64,000 bases of DNA from Methanobrevibacter sp. (lineage in GTDB: Archaea; Methanobacteriota; Methanobacteria; Methanobacteriales; Methanobacteriaceae): NCBI RefSeq assembly GCF_030539555.1, contig NZ_JAUNXX010000005.1:283-64282 (forward strand), read 5' to 3'. Below are positions 56,607 through 64,000 of the stretch, piece by piece. Below the pieces are notes generated by a model. It ran no database searches. It was given only the letters and a program-made list of their open reading frames with translations, and was not told the origin of the DNA. The position numbers were made by a program, and so were the translations under genes. The stretch's first letter is position 1; each line of letters starts with the position of its first letter.

Positions 56607-57581
56607 CTATTGGACATATGTCCTTCCGTTGATGACAGTGTATATCTTACCGCCGGAATGCCATATCGCCCATTTTTTGTAATATATTTTTGCATTTTTG
56701 GTAACTACCAGCTTGGTTAGCTTATTTCCGTAATAGTTTTTGGTTGCAGGCATTATCTTAACCAGGTGAGATCCGACTGTCAGCATGTTTGTTGCATAGA
56801 TTATAACTCCACTTAATCTTGAAGATTTGTCATAACCGGATGTCAGATATCTGGTTATCCATTTGCCGCTGTTGTAAATCATTACTTTAAGTTTTATGCC
56901 GTTTGTGTATTTTTTCAATAGATTGTCCTTTACAAGAGAATTGAAACCTATAACTCCATTGGCAGAGAATAGTTGAGCGAGATAGGATATCGGCCTTGGT
57001 TTGACGGTGATGTATGACACCACATTGCTTGCAGAATAATAAGAGCTGGAAATGGAGACTATGACCTTATGGTTTCCTGCAGCCAGGTTTGTAGGCACGT
57101 TATATGTTGCAATGCCTTTGGAATTTGTTTTGGCAGTGATTGTCTTATATGAACTTCCTGAAAAGATTTTGATTTTGACGGTAACACCGCTTGCAGGACT
57201 GTTATAGCCGTCAAGAACCTTAACTGTTCCTTTTTTAGCGTTCTTGTAGTAAGTTGTTATTTTTGAAGTCTTGATTGTGGCGTAACTGTCTTCATCATCC
57301 CAGTCGTCATCCCAATAATCATCAAAATCGTCATCGAAATCGTCATCATCTGTGAGAAGACCTGAATTCTGATTGTTTGAAACCGCAACCACATTCGGCA
57401 CTTCGCTTTGAGTGGACAATTCGTTTGCATCATCATCGCTTAGAGCAATGATTTCTCCTGTTGTATCCTCACTGTCTGCAATAATGTCTGTCTGGTTTGC
57501 ATCACTGGCGCTGACGCCTGCAATGGTTCCGACAGCCACTATCAAAAGCAGGAGGACAAAAAAATATTTTTTCTTAAACAT
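56607..57581 (-). CDS. Small secreted adhesin-like protein (324 aa) with a D/W-rich acidic tract and Lys-rich Ig-like modules.
   Basis: Signal peptide MFKKKYFFVLLLLIVAVGTIAGVSASDAN. It is a paralogue of 57687-58622; the C-terminal roughly 100 aa are highly similar. Confidence 0.85.
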   Translation of the reverse strand: MFKKKYFFVLLLLIVAVGTIAGVSASDANQTDIIADSEDTTGEIIALSDDDANELSTQSEVPNVVAVSNNQNSGLLTDDDDFDDDFDDYWDDDWDDEDSYATIKTSKITTYYKNAKKGTVKVLDGYNSPASGVTVKIKIFSGSSYKTITAKTNSKGIATYNVPTNLAAGNHKVIVSISSSYYSASNVVSYITVKPRPISYLAQLFSANGVIGFNSLVKDNLLKKYTNGIKLKVMIYNSGKWITRYLTSGYDKSSRLSGVIIYATNMLTVGSHLVKIMPATKNYYGNKLTKLVVTKNAKIYYKKWAIWHSGGKIYTVINGRTYVQ

Positions 57582-57653
57582 GATAAAAACTCCGTTGGGT
57601 TATATTATGTATCTAAGAACTAATTAAGTCATATAAAGGAAATGCTTTAATTT

Positions 57654-57670
57654 AAAAAAAAGATAAAAAA
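57654..57670 (-). terminator. Oligo-T terminator (minus strand) after gene 57687-58622.
   Basis: A8 (57654-57661) and A6 (57665-57670) on the + strand, directly downstream of the stop. Confidence 0.45.
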
Positions 57671-57686
57671 TAGATGTTTTAAACAT

Positions 57687-58622
57687 CTATTGGACATATG
57701 TTCTTCCGTTGATGTATGTGTATGTCTTGCCTTCGGAAATGTATATTGCCCAGTTTTTGTAATACAGTTTTGCGTTTTTGCTAACCACAAGCTTGGTGAT
57801 TTTGCTTCCTGTGTAGTCTTTGGTTGCAGGCATTATCTTGACCAGATGGGATCCCACTGTCAGCATGTTTGTCAGATAAGCATTTATTCCGTTGAATTTT
57901 GTGCCTCTCATCTTTCCGGTTGTCAGATATTTGGTTATCCATTTGCCGTTGTTGCTGATTAGGATTTTCATCTTGATTCCGTTGGTTGTCTTTTTGGTCA
58001 GCTTATCGGTCACCATACTGATGAAACCTTTTACGGAATACTGTGTGCAGTATTCGCTGTAAATGGATAACGGTCTTGGTTTGACTGTAATGTATGTGGT
58101 TACGGATTTTGCAGAATATTTTGAACCGAGGATGCTTATTACAACCTTATGCTTTCCGCTTGACAGGGATGTTGGAATCTTATAGGTTGCGATTCCTTTG
58201 GAATTGGTTTTACCTGAAACTATTTTGTAGGAACTGCCTGTGTAGATTTTAACTTTGACTGTGACGCCGCTGACCGCCTTGCCATCTGATAGGACTTTAA
58301 CCTGAGATGTCTTTGCATCCTTGAAGTATTTGGTTACTTTTGATGCGGATATTTTGGCTGCTTTCGGCTGATTGTCATTGGAAGAAATGACTTCTGGAGC
58401 ATCTCCTGTGCCGTTGTCTTCATCGTCAGCTAAAATTTCAGTATTGTCGTTGTTTGGACTGGTCATTTCATCTGATTCGACTACACCAGCCACTTCATCT
58501 GTTACATCTGCACTGTCTGCAATAGCATCCATCTGGTTAGCATCACCGGCACTAACTCCGGTAACGGCCCCGACAGCTATTACCAGCAGGAGCAGAACGA
58601 ATAAATATTTTTTGTTTAACAT
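57687..58622 (-). CDS. Small secreted adhesin-like protein (311 aa), tandem paralogue of 56607-57581.
   Basis: MLNKKYLFVLLLLVIAVGAVTGVSAGDAN and ...LTNMLTVGSHLVKIMPATKDYTGSKITKLVVSKNAKLYYKNWAIYISEGKTYTYINGRTYVQ. SD AAGGAG lies upstream. Confidence 0.85.
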   Translation of the reverse strand: MLNKKYLFVLLLLVIAVGAVTGVSAGDANQMDAIADSADVTDEVAGVVESDEMTSPNNDNTEILADDEDNGTGDAPEVISSNDNQPKAAKISASKVTKYFKDAKTSQVKVLSDGKAVSGVTVKVKIYTGSSYKIVSGKTNSKGIATYKIPTSLSSGKHKVVISILGSKYSAKSVTTYITVKPRPLSIYSEYCTQYSVKGFISMVTDKLTKKTTNGIKMKILISNNGKWITKYLTTGKMRGTKFNGINAYLTNMLTVGSHLVKIMPATKDYTGSKITKLVVSKNAKLYYKNWAIYISEGKTYTYINGRTYVQ

Positions 58623-58731
58623 GAAAAAAACTCCTTTTCGTGTTTATTATTATATGCTTAAACACTATATTAAATTATTTGAAGTGATAGCATTCATTTG
58701 AAAAAAAAATAAGTATAGAGATGATTGGTCT

Positions 58732-61020
58732 CTATTTTAAAACTTTAACTGACTTTTTGACTGTGTCCTTGAGGTAGGTTGCAGAGTATGTGACTTTCTT
58801 TCCGGCAGTAAGCTTGCCAAGCATAGCTTTTGTGACAGTTGCCTTTGCAATGCCCTTGGAGCTGACTTTGGCTTTGATTATTTTGCCGGCAAAGCGGAAG
58901 GTTACTGTCTTTCCCTTAAGAGCCTTGTTCAGTTTTGCTGTTAGAACCACCTTTTTGGCTGATTTTTTAACCTTGACTTTGCTTAAGGAGATTGTGTGTT
59001 TTACTGTCAGCTTTTTGGAAACTTTTGTGTTTTTGCATTTGACAGTTATTGTGTATTTGCCCACAGCATATTTTGCAGGAATATTCACTTTTGCCCATCC
59101 CTGAGAGTCTGTTTTGACAGTCTTTAGTGTTTTGCCGTTGATTTTGAATGTTACTTTGGCGTTTTTTGCAACTTTTGCATCGTTGCCGTAGACCCTTACC
59201 TTATAAACACCATCGGCATAACCCACACTTGTGCTTTTGGCAATAATTTTCACCGGAGCCTTCTCGACATATACTCCCGCATAGTAGGATGAATTGTATC
59301 CGTCCTCGCCATAGTAGCAAATGTCAAAGTCCCAATCCCCAACCGGGAGATTTGACAGGTCAAGTGTTGCCAGACCGTCCCTGATTTGTGAAGTGTAGTT
59401 TTTGCCGTTGATTGTGGTTTTTATAATTCCCCTGCAGTCTTTCGGAACTCTGAATTCAAGAATGTTTTTCAGGCCTACTTCGATTACGCTTTCATATTTG
59501 AGGCGTGGATATGCAATGAAGGCTGTTGAAATGTTTTCAACGTCGTAGTCATCTCCTGTGTAGGTGACGTTAACGTCATAGATTCCCGGATTCAGGTCGG
59601 ATATCTGAAGTGACGCCTTGCCTTTGTCAAGCCTTGCGGTCTTGTACAGGACGCCGCCGATGTATATTGAAAGATTTCCCTTTGCATCGCCTGGAAGATT
59701 CAGTGTGACTTTAGTGGGATAACCGAAGTAGATTTCATGGTCATGGAGATTGATTGCGTATTTTACTGAGAAATTGCCTGTCACTGTTGTCCTGTAATAC
59801 TTGTCGTCGCCCAGATATGTTACCACTACAGTGTAGTTTCCCACATCAAGGGAAGATACGTCTATTTCAAGGTCCTGAGTGTACTTTTTGAAAGGGACTT
59901 TCATGCCGTTTACTGTAACGTTGAATAGTTTTTCCTTCAGGTCTTCAGGAATGTAGACATAAACTGTGTTTTCCTCACCGTATCTGAAATCATACCGTGA
60001 ATAGAGGTCAATGTCATATGTTGCATTCACATTTGCGGTTTTTGTTCTGTTGAAAGTGCCGCATTCAACAACGACTCTTATTTCGTGAGCTCCGCAGGTT
60101 ATGTCATCAAACAGTGAGAATATAAGCTCACCATACATGTCCAATGATCTTTTAGTAACCAGTTTGGAGTCTATGTAGATGGCCACAGTACCTTTGCTTT
60201 TGTTTGAAACGCTTACGCTGATGCAGTCATCATGGTCAAGATAGACATTGCCAGGAATGCTAATTGCGATATCAGTCACGTTGAAGTCGAGGGTTATTGT
60301 TTTTGCATTGTAATAGTCATCACCGGAATAGTCGGCCACAAGCTGATGGGAGCCCAAATCAAGGGATGTTATTTGAGTCTCGTTTAAGAATACGAACGGC
60401 GCTGTGACATTTGTCCGGTTAATCAGTATTTTACCGTCCAGATAGACTTCAACTGTACCTGCAGCTGATCTTGGAAAGAGTATTGCCGGCATAAATGAAT
60501 AGTGCTGTCCGAACTGAACTATTTCAGACGGAATCATGAATTCAGGAGAGTGGTCCTTAGGATATTTCATGACCATAAGGTCGTGTGTAACGTTTATCTT
60601 AAATCCGTTGTAGAATGCTGTTACATCATATCTGGTGAAATCATATGCAGGCCAGATGTTTGGAACTATGATTGGAAACTCCTTTGGAGGCAATTGGATT
60701 GGAATTACCACTCTGCTTCCAGTGATGTTTTCATCATAAATTGTATGATTGTTTATTCTGACATTGAGCTTTCCCTGAGCTGATTCAGGAAGGCTGACTG
60801 TGATATCTGTCAGATTCTTTTCATATACCTTTTCATCAAAAGTCACGTTTATTTCACTTGCAATCTGCTCATCCAGGGAAATCTCAGGAGTTGAGTTTTC
60901 AATTATTTCAATTTGAGAATCCATCTCCAGATTATCCTGAGTGGTGTTTTCAGCTGCACTGACACATGACATGGCAAAAATAAGCAAAACAAACATGATC
61001 ATAATTTTTCTAAATCTCAT
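58732..61020 (-). CDS. Adhesin-like protein (762 aa) with Ig-like domains and a Lys-rich C-terminal module.
   Basis: Signal peptide MRFRKIMIMFVLLIFAMSCVSAAEN. The ATG at 61020 is preceded by SD GGTGAG; the track start at 61023 is a TTG. Confidence 0.85.
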   Translation of the reverse strand: MRFRKIMIMFVLLIFAMSCVSAAENTTQDNLEMDSQIEIIENSTPEISLDEQIASEINVTFDEKVYEKNLTDITVSLPESAQGKLNVRINNHTIYDENITGSRVVIPIQLPPKEFPIIVPNIWPAYDFTRYDVTAFYNGFKINVTHDLMVMKYPKDHSPEFMIPSEIVQFGQHYSFMPAILFPRSAAGTVEVYLDGKILINRTNVTAPFVFLNETQITSLDLGSHQLVADYSGDDYYNAKTITLDFNVTDIAISIPGNVYLDHDDCISVSVSNKSKGTVAIYIDSKLVTKRSLDMYGELIFSLFDDITCGAHEIRVVVECGTFNRTKTANVNATYDIDLYSRYDFRYGEENTVYVYIPEDLKEKLFNVTVNGMKVPFKKYTQDLEIDVSSLDVGNYTVVVTYLGDDKYYRTTVTGNFSVKYAINLHDHEIYFGYPTKVTLNLPGDAKGNLSIYIGGVLYKTARLDKGKASLQISDLNPGIYDVNVTYTGDDYDVENISTAFIAYPRLKYESVIEVGLKNILEFRVPKDCRGIIKTTINGKNYTSQIRDGLATLDLSNLPVGDWDFDICYYGEDGYNSSYYAGVYVEKAPVKIIAKSTSVGYADGVYKVRVYGNDAKVAKNAKVTFKINGKTLKTVKTDSQGWAKVNIPAKYAVGKYTITVKCKNTKVSKKLTVKHTISLSKVKVKKSAKKVVLTAKLNKALKGKTVTFRFAGKIIKAKVSSKGIAKATVTKAMLGKLTAGKKVTYSATYLKDTVKKSVKVLK

Positions 61021-61121
61021 CAACTCACCACTTTATATAATAATATGAGCCATATTGTATATATAATTGCAATATTATTTATGGCATTATCAACAGAAGT
61101 AATATCATTAATGTTTGCCAG

Positions 61122-62747
61122 GTGAGTTCCATCAATAAAAAAGCAGCGATAATCTCATTAATGGTTCTGTTGATGATATTGATTCCGGCAGTCTGCGCCG
61201 ACAACGTTACGATAAGCAATTCGCAATCCATCAGGGATTACGTTAACGAGTGCTCAAGCAATGACGTCATTACTCTTGAAAGTGGAACATATAAGGAAGC
61301 AGGAATAGAAATCAGCAAGAATCTGACAATCCAAGGAAGTGGAGATGCAAGCAGCGTTGTACTGAACGGCGAGTATGGCGATTCAATCGTTAAAATAAAC
61401 TCTCCATGCACAGTAACGTTTAAGGATTTGACATTCACATCCGGTTTCAGCAAAGGCAATGGTGGAGCAATAAACGCCCAGGGCGGATGCACACTGATAC
61501 TTCAAAACTGCATTTTCACAAGCAACATGTGCGGTGCAAACGGTGGAGCCGTAAGCATTTGCGGTGATTTTGAAAACGCCAGCCCGGCATCGCTTAAGAT
61601 GTACGGCTGCAAATTCGTTTCAAACATTGCCGGTGAAAACGGCGGAGCTGTGAACACATACATGACAAATACCGAATCCTTCGACTGTGAGTTCACCAAA
61701 AACATTGCCGGTGCAAGCGGAGGGGCAATAGCAAGCAGGGATTATTCAAAAACAGATCTGATATGCTGTGACATTGAAGACAACGCTGCAGATAACGGTG
61801 GAGCTGTTTTCAACAGACTCAGCGACGTTTATCTTGTCGACAGCGAAATAGTCAACAACACCGCCAAAAACAGAGGAGGGGCATTCCACTCAACCGGAAT
61901 TTTAAGTGTTGTAAGCTCAAAGATAATGGACAACAAGGCCAAAAGAGCTGGAATCGTATATGTCTCAAACGAATCTGATTCTGTTGTGCCTGTGACCATC
62001 TTCAGACTCAACGAGATACATGCGAACACCGCAAAAGACGGGACAATTGCCTACTTTGAAAAGATGGCTCCAAACGACAGTGACTTCAACAGCAACTACT
62101 GGGGAGACGTGAATCCGAACTCAACAAACTGGAACGAATCATTCGTTAGAAACGACGTCTTTGAAAACCCTGAAATCTGGTATCCTCTTGAAGTCAGTAC
62201 AATAAAATCATTTCCAGTAACCAAAGAGTATACCACATACACATTCTCGGCGATGTTTACGACAAATGCAGGAAAGCCGTTGAAGAATACGAAAGTCATC
62301 TTTAAAGTGAACAAAACAGAATATTCAGCCAGAACCGACAGTAATGGCTTTGCAAACGTTTCTGTTATGTTAAGCTCCGGAAACTATACCATCACAATAA
62401 TAAACACCCAGACAGGAGAGGAACTTTCATTTGATTTGGAAGTGCCCGAACCGACCCACTCCCAACATACAAACACAACAGTGTTCATGCGTGACGGAAA
62501 GGCCGTGGGAGCATTCACATATTCCGTGAATACTCATGGAGTAAAGACAACCCTTGATACAGGAAAAGGAATCATCACAAAAGCGATAACATTCAACAAG
62601 GGCGGAATAACTATCTCCACAAAGACAAACGATACCGTCGTCAAAGACCGCATCACAACCAAACAGATTACACACTTCTTCATTATACTCCTGCTGCTGG
62701 CGATTGTAATTTACGGCTCCTACAGATACAGAAAAAGCAGGAAATAG
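61122..62747 (+). CDS. Adhesin-like protein (541 aa): Pmp/PbH1 beta-helix head, one Ig-like unit, C-terminal TM anchor.
   Basis: GNGGAINAQ, ANGGAVSI, ENGGAVNT, ASGGAIAS, DNGGAVFN and NRGGAFHS coils. The C-terminus is HFFIILLLLAIVIYGSYRYRKSRK. It has a GTG start and no in-frame upstream ATG. Confidence 0.75.
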   Translation: MSSINKKAAIISLMVLLMILIPAVCADNVTISNSQSIRDYVNECSSNDVITLESGTYKEAGIEISKNLTIQGSGDASSVVLNGEYGDSIVKINSPCTVTFKDLTFTSGFSKGNGGAINAQGGCTLILQNCIFTSNMCGANGGAVSICGDFENASPASLKMYGCKFVSNIAGENGGAVNTYMTNTESFDCEFTKNIAGASGGAIASRDYSKTDLICCDIEDNAADNGGAVFNRLSDVYLVDSEIVNNTAKNRGGAFHSTGILSVVSSKIMDNKAKRAGIVYVSNESDSVVPVTIFRLNEIHANTAKDGTIAYFEKMAPNDSDFNSNYWGDVNPNSTNWNESFVRNDVFENPEIWYPLEVSTIKSFPVTKEYTTYTFSAMFTTNAGKPLKNTKVIFKVNKTEYSARTDSNGFANVSVMLSSGNYTITIINTQTGEELSFDLEVPEPTHSQHTNTTVFMRDGKAVGAFTYSVNTHGVKTTLDTGKGIITKAITFNKGGITISTKTNDTVVKDRITTKQITHFFIILLLLAIVIYGSYRYRKSRK

Positions 62748-62878
62748 CCACAACTGTTTTTAAATTCATGTTTTAAGTGTTGAACACCCCGGAAATGTCA
62801 CTTGTTTTTGAAAGCAAAACATTTACAATATTTAAATCAGATGATTTGCAAAGATATAATTATATAGGAGTTTTTATC

Positions 62879-64000
62879 ATGACAAAGAAATTATATCTGA
62901 TCTCTTGTCTTATCATCCTTCTTATTTCAATCACTGCCGTCAGTGCCGAGGATTTAAACTCAACCGACACTGCACTGGCCGATGAAACAGCACTAGATGA
63001 TTCACTTGAGATAACTGCAGATGATGACACACTAACAGCAACAAGAACCGTGTCCGGAAGCACATTCGCAGACATTCAAAAAAGCGTCGACAATGCCCAA
63101 GCGGGAGACACAATTAAGCTGTCCGGAACATATACCGGATCAGGTTCTATGATTAAAATCAACAAGACATTGACAATCGAAGGAAATGGAGCGACACTGG
63201 ATGCGAAGGATTCATCCAAAATCTTTGAAATCACAGGAACACACGTTACCGTCAACAACATTGTTTTTAAAAACGGGCATGACACATCATCAGGAGCCAT
63301 TGACTGGTGGTCCGGTTCCAAATCAGGCTCTTCAGACTTATATGGAGTTTTAAGCAATTGCAGATTCATCGACTGCAATGCCGATTTCTGGGCAGGTGCA
63401 GTTTATCTTTCATGCAACAAAGTAACAGTGACAGACTGCTACTTTGAGAATAATGAAGCCAATTACGGAGGAGCTTTAAAAATAAACGGAGAAGGCTGCG
63501 TAGTTAAAAACTGCAAATTCACAAGAAACATCGCAAGAAATGACGGGGGCGCAATCCATGCCGATGTGGAAAGCGATACCATAATTACAAACTGCACATT
63601 CAGCTCAAATTATGCAAAAGTTAAAGGCGGTGCCGTTTATACAAAAAATAAGGATTTGACAATTTCAAAATCATCATTTACCTCAAATACTGCATCAAAT
63701 GGAAATAATTACTACGGTGAAGCAAGTTCAAACATTGCAATCAGCACATGCACCTGGAGCGAAGGCAACATCAACGACTATTCAACACTCGGGCTTGCAG
63801 GAGAATACACTCCAATCACATTAATTGAAACTGCTATCGAAGTGCCTGCCCAATCAGGATTTGTAAACAGCAACCAGGTGATTACAGCAACCGTCAGGGA
63901 TGCATCAAACAATTTGGTTGACTCAGGAACAGTTGAATTTACTATTGGCGGTAAAATATACACTGCAGATGTCAAAAATGGAAAAGCATCAGTTACCGTC
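62879..64000 (+). CDS. Adhesin-like protein, N-terminal 374 aa (continues beyond the window end).
   Basis: Not in the track because it has no stop. The ATG at 62879 follows SD AGGAG (62866-62870). Hand translation: MTKKLYLISCLIILLISITAVSAEDLNSTD...TLTIEGNGATLDAKDSSKIFEITGTHVTVNNIVFKNGHDTSSGAIDWW...YGGALKI...DGGAIHA...KGGAVYT. Confidence 0.85.
   Translation, partial: MTKKLYLISCLIILLISITAVSAEDLNSTDTALADETALDDSLEITADDDTLTATRTVSGSTFADIQKSVDNAQAGDTIKLSGTYTGSGSMIKINKTLTIEGNGATLDAKDSSKIFEITGTHVTVNNIVFKNGHDTSSGAIDWWSGSKSGSSDLYGVLSNCRFIDCNADFWAGAVYLSCNKVTVTDCYFENNEANYGGALKINGEGCVVKNCKFTRNIARNDGGAIHADVESDTIITNCTFSSNYAKVKGGAVYTKNKDLTISKSSFTSNTASNGNNYYGEASSNIAISTCTWSEGNINDYSTLGLAGEYTPITLIETAIEVPAQSGFVNSNQVITATVRDASNNLVDSGTVEFTIGGKIYTADVKNGKASVTV

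Noticed and set aside
56435-56720. ORFs at 56435-56695 (-) and 56514-56720 (+) spanning the spacer between two mini-ALP genes.
   Set aside because: They overlap the ends of well-supported genes and the A/T homopolymer terminator region. Their products contain runs such as FFFFFF/KKKKKK.

Overview
AT-rich archaeal chromosome segment, almost certainly from a Methanobrevibacter-type methanogen (Methanobacteriales). Archaeal housekeeping genes (ribosomal protein eS1/S3Ae, RtcB plus archease, Orc1/Cdc6, MptE, MTAP) lie between two blocks of adhesin-like protein (ALP) genes.

Block 1 (1-26165, minus strand) holds two tandem giant paralogous ALP genes. One is >=4,731 aa; it runs off the window edge, has no stop, and is therefore missing from the ORF track. 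The other is 3,839 aa. Block 2 (49654-64000) holds eight more ALP genes. By my coordinates about 39 of 64 kb (about 61%) encodes secreted repeat proteins built from Pmp/PbH1 beta-helix repeats, DUF11 repeats and Ig-like domains.

The central 23 kb contains the less ordinary items:
- A tightly coupled three-gene operon: class-II amidotransferase, GCS2-type ligase, GshA-type ligase. Its product is unknown, in an organism not expected to make glutathione.
- Two Rpn/PD-(D/E)XK nuclease-like genes with internal in-frame start signals. One is followed by a free-standing copy of its own C-terminal tail, which resembles the RpnL/RpnS arrangement.
- Four direct TTACA(C/G)TTGAAA(T/A) boxes about 5 kb from orc1/cdc6, a candidate oriC. 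One inverted copy lies 7 kb away in a second repeat-dense intergenic region.
- An unclassifiable pair of putative DNA-binding proteins next to that second region.
- A YtfJ/YtfI sporulation-type gene pair.

I recognised no rRNA, tRNA, CRISPR array, transposase or integrase. All calls come from motif recognition and hand translation; no database search or computation was run.
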